Shown here: in pieces, positions 29,436 through 38,466 of the stretch
Layout: each line of letters starts with the position of its first letter
Numbering within the stretch: the stretch's first letter is position 1
DNA from: Acidobacteriota bacterium
Lineage (GTDB): Bacteria > Acidobacteriota > UBA6911 > RPQK01 > JAJDTT01
Reading direction: 5' to 3'
Assembly (NCBI GenBank): GCA_965217775.1
Contig: CBDCJH010000002.1
Coordinates: 4,928,001-4,992,000, forward strand
Length of the DNA stretch: 64,000 nucleotides
Translations under genes and position numbers: made by a program
The notes under the pieces: generated by a model
The model's database searches: none
What the model was told of the DNA's origin: nothing
Seen by the model: only the letters and a program-made list of their open reading frames with translations

Positions 29436-29593
29436 GAGTCCGTGGTGAAAGTCTCGCGAGCACCGAGACCGGCCCTGCGCCCGCCGGACCAGGCGCGATG
29501 AGGGAGCATACCGGGAGTATGCGAGCCGATAGCAACGCAGTCCGCCGGGATGCAGGGACGGTCGAATGCCAGGACCACTTTTACCACGGGCTG
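29436..29593. mobile_element. MITE-like element, family 1 (copy B, tandem with A)
   Basis: 158-bp near-identical copy separated from A only by CTAA; followed by CTAT. Confidence 0.88.
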
Positions 29594-29642
29594 CTATGAG
29601 ACTGCTGCGGCTGGACTGCCCTGACCTGTCCAAAGCGGCCTC

Positions 29643-30212
29643 CTAGTAGGGATCTTCCTCGACCATCGAATTCCTGGAGAAATTCCTGGGAGGAAACTTT
29701 ATCCGATCGTAACCGCGAAAAATGAAGACTCCGACCACCGACGTGAGGCAGCTGCGAGTAACGATGAACAGCAGCGAGCTGTCCGACAACGGCTGTCCGA
29801 GTAAGTCCAAGATAGCAACGATTAGAACCATGTCAAGGGAGGCTGCCGCCCCCAACAACAACATGCGTCCGAGAACGCCTTCCGCCGCCGCCCTCAGGCG
29901 CAGCAGACCAACCAGACATCCAATCAAGGTCTTGCTCAAGCCGTTGAGTCCCAAGAGGGTTCCCAATAGCAGATCGGAGAGCAGGCCGAAGCAGGTGCCC
30001 CAGAACGCACCCTTGGCCGCCGTCGAATGCAGGGAAAGGTAGAGGACCAGTATCAGCGGCAGATCCAGGTAGCGCCGGAACTCCGGCAGCACCCTGCTGA
30101 GCAGAATTTCGAAGCCTCCTGCGAGCAGGAGCAGAATCAGAATCTCGGTTCGGGAGAATCGGGCTTGCAGAGGGGTCCAACTCGTCTCGGCGACCGGTCT
30201 CGGACGCTTCAA
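29643..30212 (-). CDS. mreD: Rod shape-determining protein MreD
   Basis: Hydrophobic; DLPLI, G..FGLLSD, G..GLSKT; lies between mreC and mrdA. Confidence 0.88.
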   Translation of the reverse strand: MKRPRPVAETSWTPLQARFSRTEILILLLLAGGFEILLSRVLPEFRRYLDLPLILVLYLSLHSTAAKGAFWGTCFGLLSDLLLGTLLGLNGLSKTLIGCLVGLLRLRAAAEGVLGRMLLLGAAASLDMVLIVAILDLLGQPLSDSSLLFIVTRSCLTSVVGVFIFRGYDRIKFPPRNFSRNSMVEEDPY

Positions 30213-31018
30213 GGCTCTCGCGCGACGAGGACTTCCTCGATTTTGGAAAAATCGACGAAGGGCTCGACCTTGATGTTGCGATTATTCTTTTCTCCTTTCT
30301 CGGAACTCACTATACGGCCGACCGGAATGCCCTTGGGATAGATCCGGTCGGCCCCGGAAGTGTAGACGAACTCTCCGACATCCACCGGCTCGTGATTGGG
30401 GATGAAATTCCACTCGAGGAGATCGCTTCCGTCGCCCTGGAGCACACCTTGCAGGCGGGAGTCCGCCAGCATGGCGCCGGCCGAAGCGCCACGGTTGGTC
30501 ACCAGCTCCACCTCCGAGCTCATGGGTGTGGTCGCCACGACCCGCCCCACGATTCCGGAGAAACCGATGACGGCCAAGTTTCGCTTGACGCCGTGACGGG
30601 TCCCGATGTTGATGCCGAGTCGACGACTGAAGAAGGGAGCGGTCTTCCAGATAATGGTGGCCATTGTGGTTTCGAAAAGATACTGGCGGGCGAGGATCCG
30701 GAGTTCCGTGCTGCGGCCCAGCATCGACTGAACGCTCTTGAGCTGCGCGTTCTCGAGGCGAAGCCTCCCGATCTCTGCCTCCAATTCCTCGTTCCGCTCC
30801 TGAACTCCGAAGAGAATCACATAGCGATTCAACACTCCCTCGATGCTGTCGGCCATTGCCGAAACCGCCAGCGCAAGAGGGGAGATCACGGCCACTCCCA
30901 GGGTTCTCAGCAGTGTCTGGCCGTCGGGATTCCGAACCTGCGACGAGATCAGCACCAAATGCAACACGATCGCCAAGATGACGAGGGGCAGTGACTTCCG
31001 TTCGACCGACCAACTCAT
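30209..31018 (-). CDS. mreC: Rod shape-determining protein MreC
   Basis: N-terminal TM, coiled coil, G..HGV..N..V, GIVGRV, TSG.D.IYPKGIPVG. Confidence 0.94.
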   Translation of the reverse strand: MSWSVERKSLPLVILAIVLHLVLISSQVRNPDGQTLLRTLGVAVISPLALAVSAMADSIEGVLNRYVILFGVQERNEELEAEIGRLRLENAQLKSVQSMLGRSTELRILARQYLFETTMATIIWKTAPFFSRRLGINIGTRHGVKRNLAVIGFSGIVGRVVATTPMSSEVELVTNRGASAGAMLADSRLQGVLQGDGSDLLEWNFIPNHEPVDVGEFVYTSGADRIYPKGIPVGRIVSSEKGEKNNRNIKVEPFVDFSKIEEVLVAREP

Positions 31019-31035
31019 AGCTGATCCGGAGCTCC

Positions 31036-32058
31036 TCAGGAGCTGATTCTTCTCAAGAGATCGATGTCCTCGAGCATCTTTCCGGTGCCGATGGCGACGG
31101 AGGAGAGTGGATTCTCGGCCACATAGACCGGAAGGCCCGTCTCCCGACTGATTCGGTAATCCATCTTTTGGAGCAGCGCTCCTCCCCCGGTCAAGATGAT
31201 GCCCGTGTCCGAGATATCGGCGGACAACTCGGGCGGCGTCCTCTCCAGGGCGACTCGGACCGCATTCACGATGGCCACCATGGAGTCGGCCAGCGCCTCG
31301 CGAATCTCCTCGTCGGTGACGGTCACGGTCTTGGGTATTCCCTCGATGAGATTCCTTCCCTTCACTTCCGCGGTGATGGGATCCGGCAATTCAGACGCCG
31401 ATCCGAGCTTGATCTTCACTCGCTCAGCCGTCCGCTCGCCGATGAGCAGGTTGTGCTTTCGCTTGACGTACTGAATGATGGCTTCGTCCATTTCGTTTCC
31501 CGCCACCCTGACGGAGCGGCTGTGGACGATCCCCGCAAGACTGATGACGGCGATGTCGGTGGTCCCGCCGCCGATGTCGACGATCATGTTTCCGTTCGGC
31601 TCGGTGATGGGAAGACCAGCCCCGATGGCCGCCGCCATCGCTTCTTCCACCAGATAGACCTCGCTGGCCTTCGCGCGCAGCGCAGATTCGCGAACCGCCC
31701 GCTTTTCCACCTGGGTGATCTCGGAAGGGATACAGATGATGATCCGGGGATTCAGCAGAAAATTCCTGTTCTGAGCCTTCCTGATGAAATAACGGAGCAT
31801 TTCCTCGGTCACGTCGAAGTCGGCGATGACCCCATCCTTCATGGGCTTGATGGCAACGATGTTGCCCGGTGTCCTCCCCAGCATCTCCTTGGCGTCCGTC
31901 CCCACGGCTTCCACCTTGTTGGTGAACCTGTTGATGGCGACGATGGAAGGTTCGTCGACGACGACTCCTTTCCCGCGTGCGAACACGAGAGTATTCGCCG
32001 TGCCCAGATCAATGGCCAAATCGTGGGAAAAAGACTTGAACAGGGAACGAAAAATCAT
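31036..32058 (-). CDS. mreB: Actin-like MreB
   Basis: AIDLGTANT, EPSIVA, VDIGGGTT, ERTPPEL, TGGGALL. Confidence 0.98.
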   Translation of the reverse strand: MIFRSLFKSFSHDLAIDLGTANTLVFARGKGVVVDEPSIVAINRFTNKVEAVGTDAKEMLGRTPGNIVAIKPMKDGVIADFDVTEEMLRYFIRKAQNRNFLLNPRIIICIPSEITQVEKRAVRESALRAKASEVYLVEEAMAAAIGAGLPITEPNGNMIVDIGGGTTDIAVISLAGIVHSRSVRVAGNEMDEAIIQYVKRKHNLLIGERTAERVKIKLGSASELPDPITAEVKGRNLIEGIPKTVTVTDEEIREALADSMVAIVNAVRVALERTPPELSADISDTGIILTGGGALLQKMDYRISRETGLPVYVAENPLSSVAIGTGKMLEDIDLLRRISS

Positions 32059-32254
32059 TGGTCCCTTATGCCCCTCGGGATTTCAGCGGGAGCACACCCT
32101 CGGCCAAGGCAGCCCCATTTTACCGGCGTCCATTATCGGACACCGTCAGGTTTTTTCGCAACAGACGAGTCTCCGGAGACCGGGTAGCAGTATCAGGCCC
32201 ATGTTATAATCGCCGGCTGACGCAAACCTGTTTCCGGGGCTGACGGAGGGCTGG

Positions 32255-34159
32255 ATGCTACCCTTTTTCCGCGAGAAGAGACGAGGGCTCAAGTGGATCC
32301 TGTGGTTGGTCATCATTGGCTTGGGCGTCGGGATGCTGGGCCTGTTCGTCGATACACCGGGTCCCAGTTCCGGCGTTTCCTCCGCCCACGCGGCCGAAGT
32401 CGCCGATTTCGTCATTACTTCCGGTGAATTTCGGAGACATTACATCCAGTTGGTCGACGCCTACCGCCGCGTCTACAAGTTGGACCGGCAGGATCCTGCC
32501 CTCATCAGGCAGTTGCGTCTGGGCCAACAGGCGCTCGATCAGTTGGTAGCGGAATACGCGACGTTCCACGAAGCACGCCAGATGGGAATCGCCGTGACCT
32601 CGGATGAAATCGTCCGATCCATCACCAAGACCCCCGTATTCCAGGAAAACGGCAACTTCATCGGGGTGGATCGGTATCGCGCCATCTTGCAGGCCAACAA
32701 CTGGGCGCCCCAGGAATTCGAGGACAGCATCCGGAGGCAGCTCGCCCGGGAGAAGCTGCGCAGAATCCTGACTGATGGGATCTTCCCCACGCCCGGAGAG
32801 ATCCGGCGGGAGTTTCTAAACCGGAATCAGGAGGTGAAGCTCCGGTACGTGACCTTCGATCCGGAGAGGTTGGCCCCGGTGGACGTGGATGCGGAAAAAC
32901 TCAAGGAGTATTTCGACGAGCGCCAGGAGAATTACCGGGTCGGCGAGCAGCGCAGGATCCGCTACGTTTCCGTTGCCGTCGACCCTGAGAACGTCAACGT
33001 CTCCGAAGAGCAGATCCGCGATCGAATGGATCGCGTCACTGACACGGACCAGGTGAGAGTCAGCCATATTCTGGTTTCGGTGGGAAGCCCTGACGAAGAA
33101 CCCGCGGCGAGGGTCAAGGTCCGGACCCTCTTGCAGCAGCTTCGATCCGGTGCGGATTTCGCACAGTTGGCGCGAGAGCATTCCGAGGACCCGGGTTCGG
33201 GGGCATCCGGTGGGGATCTTGGTTTTTTCGGGCGAGACAAAATGATGCCGGAGTTCGAGAAGGCCGCTTTTGCGTTGAAGCCCGGAGAGCTGAGCGATCT
33301 GGTGGTGACGCCTTTCGGGTACCACATCATCCGCGGCACCTTCAATCCCGAGCACCACGATGGCGATGCCCGGCGGCCGATCGCGGAATATGAAGCCCGG
33401 CAGCAGGAGGCGGAGAACCAGGCCAAGGATCTGGCAACGGAAATATCCGGAGAGCTGGCGGAGGACCCGGACCTGGCGAAGGCGGCGAGCGCTCGCGGCC
33501 TCCCGGTCGAGGAATCGGATTTCTTCGAGCTCGGCGGCTTCATTCCCGGCCTGTCCGTCAAGAACGACTTCAACCAGGATGTCTTCGGTCTCCAGGAGAA
33601 CCAGTCACTGGAGCCGTACCAGGCGGCCGGTTCCTACCTGGTGGCTCAGCTGATGGAGATCCGGCCCGCCCACATGCCGGCTTTCGAAGAGATACGCGAC
33701 AAGGCTCTCTCCGATTACCGCTCCACGCAGGGTGACGAATCCGCTCGGGAGAACGCATTCGCCCTGCACCAGACCATCCAGGACGGCAGCGAATTCCGGA
33801 AGCTGGCGCAGGAACGAGAACTGCAGGTCATGACGACGCCCTTCTTCAAGCGGGGCGCGACCATCGACGAGAACCTCCGATTTTCGCCGCAGGTTCACGA
33901 CCATGCCTTTCGACTGAAGACGGGAGAGGTCGCGCCGCCCGTCCTGGTCACCGGAAAGTACTTCGTGCTCCAGGTGGCCGAGAAGACGGAACTGGACCAG
34001 GAGAAGTTCGAAGGCGAGAAGAGTCAACTGGAAAAGGAGTTGACGGAGAAGAAGCGTGCGGACTACTTCAATGCCTACGTGGAAGGCACACTGGAACGCC
34101 TGCGCAGCGCCGACGCCATCACCATCAACCAGGAGATGGTGGACGCCATGACCGGATAA
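32255..34159 (+). CDS. SurA/PpiD-type membrane-anchored peptidyl-prolyl isomerase chaperone
   Basis: N-terminal TM, SurA_N domain, parvulin motifs VSHILV, FAQLAREHSED.GS..GGDLG, EFEKAAF, TPFGYHII. Upstream TGTTATAAT and GGAGG. Confidence 0.9.
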   Translation: MLPFFREKRRGLKWILWLVIIGLGVGMLGLFVDTPGPSSGVSSAHAAEVADFVITSGEFRRHYIQLVDAYRRVYKLDRQDPALIRQLRLGQQALDQLVAEYATFHEARQMGIAVTSDEIVRSITKTPVFQENGNFIGVDRYRAILQANNWAPQEFEDSIRRQLAREKLRRILTDGIFPTPGEIRREFLNRNQEVKLRYVTFDPERLAPVDVDAEKLKEYFDERQENYRVGEQRRIRYVSVAVDPENVNVSEEQIRDRMDRVTDTDQVRVSHILVSVGSPDEEPAARVKVRTLLQQLRSGADFAQLAREHSEDPGSGASGGDLGFFGRDKMMPEFEKAAFALKPGELSDLVVTPFGYHIIRGTFNPEHHDGDARRPIAEYEARQQEAENQAKDLATEISGELAEDPDLAKAASARGLPVEESDFFELGGFIPGLSVKNDFNQDVFGLQENQSLEPYQAAGSYLVAQLMEIRPAHMPAFEEIRDKALSDYRSTQGDESARENAFALHQTIQDGSEFRKLAQERELQVMTTPFFKRGATIDENLRFSPQVHDHAFRLKTGEVAPPVLVTGKYFVLQVAEKTELDQEKFEGEKSQLEKELTEKKRADYFNAYVEGTLERLRSADAITINQEMVDAMTG

Positions 34160-34190
34160 CCCGCATTTCGTCCCCTTCCCCCAAGGACCC

Positions 34191-34327
34191 TAGCCCGCAT
34201 TACTCACCAGGTCGCTACGCGTATGATGAAAATGAGGCTGTTCTTGGCCATCTACGCGAATTTTTCCACGGTTTCTCCGGGACCGACTGCGCGATCGTCA
34301 CGCCCCCTTCTGAGAAATGCGGGCTGG
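34191..34327. mobile_element. MITE-like element, family 2 (copy b), preceded by a solo TIR at 34157-34169
   Basis: TAGCCCGCATTACTCACC ... TGAGAAATGCGGGCT; internal TACGCG and CCGGGACCGACTGCGCG. TAACCCGCATTTC overlaps the PPIase stop codon. Confidence 0.8.
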
Positions 34328-34336
34328 ATCGACGGA

Positions 34337-36163
34337 TCACTGCACCGTGACCGACTTGGCCAGATTCCGGGGCCGGTCGATGTCGCAACCCCGCTCCCTC
34401 GCCACGTAGTAGGCCAGGAGTTGGAGCGCGATCACGCTCAGGAAAGGCGTGAACATCTCTCCACAGTGCGGAATCTCGATCAGGTCGTCGACCAGCTCGG
34501 TCAAGTGCGGGTCTCCTTCCGTCCCCACCGCGATGACCGGCCCGTTTCGGCTCTTGATCTCCTCAATGTTTCCGATCGTCTTCCGATAGACGCTGTCGCG
34601 GGGCGCCAGGCAGACGGTCGGGAAATTCTCGTCCACGAGTGCGAGAGGCCCATGTTTCATCTCACCTGCGGCATAGCCTTCGGCGTGCAGGTAGGAGATC
34701 TCCTTCATCTTCAGGGCGCCCTCCATCGCCACCGGATAGCTGAAGTTTCTCCCCAGATAAAGAAGGTTCCGATAGTGGGCGTAGCGGCGGGCGATTTCTT
34801 CAATGGCCGCCGCCCGAGCGAGCATGGACCGCATCTTCTCGGGCAGGGCCCGGAGCTCATGGACAAATTCCTGGCCTTCGCTCAATGACATCTGCTGGTG
34901 ACGGCCCAGCAGGAGGCCCACCAGATAGAGAATCGCGATCTGGGAGACGAAAACCTTGGTGGAGGCGACACTGATTTCCGGACCGGCATGATTGTAGATT
35001 CCGGCGTCGGTCAGGCGGGCGACCGTGCTGCCTACCACGTTGACGAGGCCCAGGCTGAGAGCACCACGCCGTTTGACCTCGCGCACCACGGCCAGGATGT
35101 CAGCCGTCTCCCCCGATTGGCTGATGGCCAGAACCGCCGTACGAGCTTGCAGGTTCAGCTTGCGGTATTGGAACTCGGAAGCGAGATCGACGTCGACAGG
35201 ATAGTTGGTGCAGCTCTCGATGACGTAACGTCCCAGCAAGCCCGCATAGTAGGAGGTCCCACAGGCCAGTATGATGAGCCGCCGCATGTTCCGCAGGCGC
35301 CCCCAGACTCGCTCCAAGCCTCCCAGCTTGGCCAGTCCTTCCGCCTCGATCAGCCTTCCCCGGATGGCCTCTCCGACCACCTCGGGTTGCTCGTAGACCT
35401 CCTTGAGCATGAAGTGGGGGTAACCCTGCTTCTCGGCGGAGGACATGTCCCAGTCCAGGGTCTGGACCGATCGATTCATGGGCATCCCGCTCAGAGTGCG
35501 GATCCGGTAACTCCCGGGCTTCAGCAGCGCCACCTCACCATCATGGAGGTAGGCCACCTCTCGCGTGTGACTCATCAGGGCCGCCGCGTCGGACGCGGCA
35601 AAGATCTCACTGTCCCGGATTCCCAGGACCAGGGGGCTGCCCAGCCGGGCAACCACGATCTGGGAAGGATTCTCGGAGGAAATCACTCCGATTCCGTAGG
35701 TACCGTCCACGCGTTGAAGGGCCGAGTTGACCGCGTCTTCCAGGTCACCTCGATAGTCTTCCTCGATCAGGTGGGCCAGCACCTCGGAATCGGTGGAAGA
35801 GCGGAACAGATGCCCCTTTTCCCGAAGTTCCTCCCGCAATTGCCGGTAATTTTCGATGATTCCATTGTGCACCACGAAGATGCGGCCCCGGCAATCGCCA
35901 TGCGGATGAGCGTTTTCGGGAGAGGGAACACCATGCGTGGCCCAACGAGTGTGGGCGATGCCGCCCCAACCCGTCCAAGGCTTGTCCCCGAGAAGATTGG
36001 CCAGATCCGAGATTTTTCCCACCGCCTTCCGGCAGTGAATCCCGTTGCTCACGGCTACCGCGACACCGCTGGAGTCATAGCCGCGGTATTCCAGCCTTCT
36101 CAAGCCGTTGAGGAGGATAGGCAGGGCGGGGCGATCCCCCAGGTAGCAGATAATTCCACACAT
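34337..36163 (-). CDS. glmS: Glutamine--fructose-6-phosphate aminotransferase
   Basis: MCGI, LEYRGYDS, HTRWATHG, SQSGETAD, PRNLAKSVTV. Confidence 0.98.
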   Translation of the reverse strand: MCGIICYLGDRPALPILLNGLRRLEYRGYDSSGVAVAVSNGIHCRKAVGKISDLANLLGDKPWTGWGGIAHTRWATHGVPSPENAHPHGDCRGRIFVVHNGIIENYRQLREELREKGHLFRSSTDSEVLAHLIEEDYRGDLEDAVNSALQRVDGTYGIGVISSENPSQIVVARLGSPLVLGIRDSEIFAASDAAALMSHTREVAYLHDGEVALLKPGSYRIRTLSGMPMNRSVQTLDWDMSSAEKQGYPHFMLKEVYEQPEVVGEAIRGRLIEAEGLAKLGGLERVWGRLRNMRRLIILACGTSYYAGLLGRYVIESCTNYPVDVDLASEFQYRKLNLQARTAVLAISQSGETADILAVVREVKRRGALSLGLVNVVGSTVARLTDAGIYNHAGPEISVASTKVFVSQIAILYLVGLLLGRHQQMSLSEGQEFVHELRALPEKMRSMLARAAAIEEIARRYAHYRNLLYLGRNFSYPVAMEGALKMKEISYLHAEGYAAGEMKHGPLALVDENFPTVCLAPRDSVYRKTIGNIEEIKSRNGPVIAVGTEGDPHLTELVDDLIEIPHCGEMFTPFLSVIALQLLAYYVARERGCDIDRPRNLAKSVTVQ

Positions 36164-36180
36164 CTTTCAGCCACGGGGTG

Positions 36181-36346
36181 CTAGGAGTCTGCGCCGTAGA
36201 AATGATCGTAGCGAGAAAGTGGGGAGTCGAGGCCAGATTTTCTCGATTTTGACGTGCATAGTCGTTCTATTCGCCGAGAAATCGAGGAAATATGGACCGA
36301 TTCACCGCTTTCGCAGTAGATCAATTTCTGCGGCGCAGGCTCCTAG
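36181..36346. mobile_element. MITE-like element, family 3 (single copy) with CTAG flanks
   Basis: CTAG-GAGTCTGCGCCGTAGAAATGATC ... GATCAATTTCTGCGGCGCAGGCTC-CTAG; internal hairpin TTTTCTCGATTT..ATAG-N5-CTAT..AAATCGAGGAAA. Confidence 0.78.
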
Positions 36347-36714
36347 AGAAGCCCCAATTGGAGCCTTGCCGCCTCGGACATGTTCTCCATGGTCCAGGGC
36401 GGATCCCACACGACTTCCACGGCGACTTTCTCTACGCCGGGAAGCGCCCGAATCTTGGACTCGACTTCCAACGGCAGCGACTCGGCCACCGGACAACTGG
36501 GCGAGGTCAGGGTCATCTTGACATCCACGGCTCCGGCGGCGGCGACTTCGACCCCGTAGATCAGGCCCAACTCGTAGATGTCCACCGGAATCTCCGGATC
36601 GTAACAAGTCCTGAGGACCGAAATCACCTCTTCCTGATTGGGGCCACCCACTGGCGGCGTCCCGCTTCCCGATTCGGTCTGGAAACCCGGTTCCGGATTC
36701 AATTCTTCTACCAT
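36343..36714 (-). CDS. sufT: SUF-associated DUF59 protein (SufT)
   Basis: YDPEIPVDIYELGLIY, MTLTSPSCPVA, VWDPPW; end of the suf operon. Confidence 0.88.
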   Translation of the reverse strand: MVEELNPEPGFQTESGSGTPPVGGPNQEEVISVLRTCYDPEIPVDIYELGLIYGVEVAAAGAVDVKMTLTSPSCPVAESLPLEVESKIRALPGVEKVAVEVVWDPPWTMENMSEAARLQLGLL

Positions 36715-36745
36715 GGATCCCCCTCTGCGGTGTTCCGCCGGAATC

Positions 36746-37204
36746 TCATTCGGTCGAGACGACCTGGTTTCTCTTTTCGAGTGCCGCCCGCAACGTATGC
36801 CAGGTCAAGGTGGCGCATTTCACCCGAACCGGATAGCGGCTGATCCCTCCAAACACCACCAACTTGCCCAGATCCTGTTCGGAGAAATCTTGCGAATCGA
36901 GATTTCCCGTCACCAGTTGGTGAAAACGTTCGAACAGAGCCTCGACTTCCTCCAATTTCCGACCCTTCAGACTCTCGGTCATTATGGAGGCGGAGGCCAT
37001 GGAGATGGCGCATCCCGACCCCCGGAACGAGATCTGGTCGACGACAGACTCCTTCAGCTTGACGTACACGCTGACCCGGTCGCCGCAGAGGGGATTGAAT
37101 CCTTCCGACTGGTGATCCGCGTCTTCCAGAACACCGAAATTCCGAGGTCGCCGATTGTGATCCAGGATGACCTCCTGGTAGAGGTCGCTCAGGTCCGACA
37201 TCAC
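36746..37204 (-). CDS. sufU: SUF system NifU-like protein
   Basis: LYQEVILDH, NPLCGD, GCAIS.AS, P.RVKCATL.W. Confidence 0.94.
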   Translation of the reverse strand: MMSDLSDLYQEVILDHNRRPRNFGVLEDADHQSEGFNPLCGDRVSVYVKLKESVVDQISFRGSGCAISMASASIMTESLKGRKLEEVEALFERFHQLVTGNLDSQDFSEQDLGKLVVFGGISRYPVRVKCATLTWHTLRAALEKRNQVVSTE

Positions 37205-38466
37205 TCAAACACCTCGATCACCTTTTCGAGGCCCCGGCACAAGGCATCGATCTCTGCTGGCGTGTTGTAGAATGCCAGCGACGCCCGCGCCGTGGCCGGC
37301 AGCCCATAGTAATCCATCAGGGGCTGGGCACAGTGATGGCCGGTCCGAATCGCCACCCCCTCCAGATCCAGAATGGTGCCCAGGTCGTGAGGATGGACTT
37401 CGTCCAGAACGAAGGAGAGCACCGCCACCTTCGACGGCGCAGTGCCGATCAGGCGCAGGCCGGGAACCTGCGAAAGCCGGGAAGTCGCGTATTCCAGGAG
37501 CTCGTTCTCGTAGGCCGCCACCCGATCGAGGCCCAGGTTCTCCAGATAGTCCAAGGCCGCAGCCAACGCGACGCCGCCGGCAATATTGGGAGTCCCCCCC
37601 TCGAACTTGTGCGGGGGTTCGTTGTACGTCGTCTTCTCGAAGGATACGGAACGGATCATCTCCCCTCCCCCCTGATAGGGAGGCATGGATTCCAGATGGT
37701 TCCATTTGCCATAAAGGATGCCGATTCCGGTGGGTCCGTAGATCTTGTGTCCGGAGAAGCAATAGAAGTCGCAATCCAGTTCCTGCACGTCCACCTTGAC
37801 GTGTGGCACCGCTTGAGCCCCGTCCAGAAGGACGAGGGCACCGTGCCCATGCGCCATTTCAACCAGTTTCCGCACCGGGTTGATGGTCCCGAGAACGTTG
37901 GACACATGGGTCACCGCGACGATCCGGGTCCGATGGTTCAACAACTTCTCGTACTCGTCCAGATAGAGCTCGCCCCGGTCGGACACGGGAATGACCCGAA
38001 GCCGAGCGTCCTTTTCCTGGCAGAGCATCTGCCAGGGAACGATATTGGAATGGTGCTCCATTTGAGAAACGACGACCTCGTCACCCGGATTCAGTACGCT
38101 CCGTCCCGCGGTCTGGGCCACCAGATTGATGGCCTCGGTCGTGCTCCGGACGAAGACGATCTCTTCCGCCCGGGTGGCGTTGAGGAACTTCTGCACTCTT
38201 TCACGGGTGGCCTCATAGGCTTCCGTGGCTCGGACGCTCAAGAGATGGACGCCCCGCTGAATGTTGGCGTTGCTGCGGGAATAATATCGGCACACCGCAT
38301 CGATGACCTGCTGCGGTTTCTGGCTGGTGGCCGCATTGTCCAGGTAGGCCAACGGCTTGCCGTGAACCTTCCGGGAGAGGATCGGGAAATCCCGGCGGAT
38401 GTGTCCTGGATTCAGCTCTCCGGACACTTTCCGGTGATCGTCTCGGGCCGTTGAGCTGAAACTCAC
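37201..38466 (-). CDS. sufS: Cysteine desulfurase
   Basis: YLDNAATSQKP, EHHSN, DGAQ, SGHK, RTGHHCAQP. Confidence 0.96.
   Translation of the reverse strand: MSFSSTARDDHRKVSGELNPGHIRRDFPILSRKVHGKPLAYLDNAATSQKPQQVIDAVCRYYSRSNANIQRGVHLLSVRATEAYEATRERVQKFLNATRAEEIVFVRSTTEAINLVAQTAGRSVLNPGDEVVVSQMEHHSNIVPWQMLCQEKDARLRVIPVSDRGELYLDEYEKLLNHRTRIVAVTHVSNVLGTINPVRKLVEMAHGHGALVLLDGAQAVPHVKVDVQELDCDFYCFSGHKIYGPTGIGILYGKWNHLESMPPYQGGGEMIRSVSFEKTTYNEPPHKFEGGTPNIAGGVALAAALDYLENLGLDRVAAYENELLEYATSRLSQVPGLRLIGTAPSKVAVLSFVLDEVHPHDLGTILDLEGVAIRTGHHCAQPLMDYYGLPATARASLAFYNTPAEIDALCRGLEKVIEVFE

Noticed and set aside
29254-29535. 94-aa N-terminal extension of PBP2 in the ORF track
   Set aside because: Mostly translated MITE sequence; ATG 29253 gives the normal short N-terminus plus TM helix.
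29274-29593. Tandem repeat as a CRISPR array
   Set aside because: Two 158-bp units separated by 4 nt with no unique spacers and no cas genes; matching dispersed copies show it is a MITE dimer.
36164-36342. glmS ribozyme upstream of glmS
   Set aside because: No recognisable ribozyme core; the region is explained by a TIR-bounded element.
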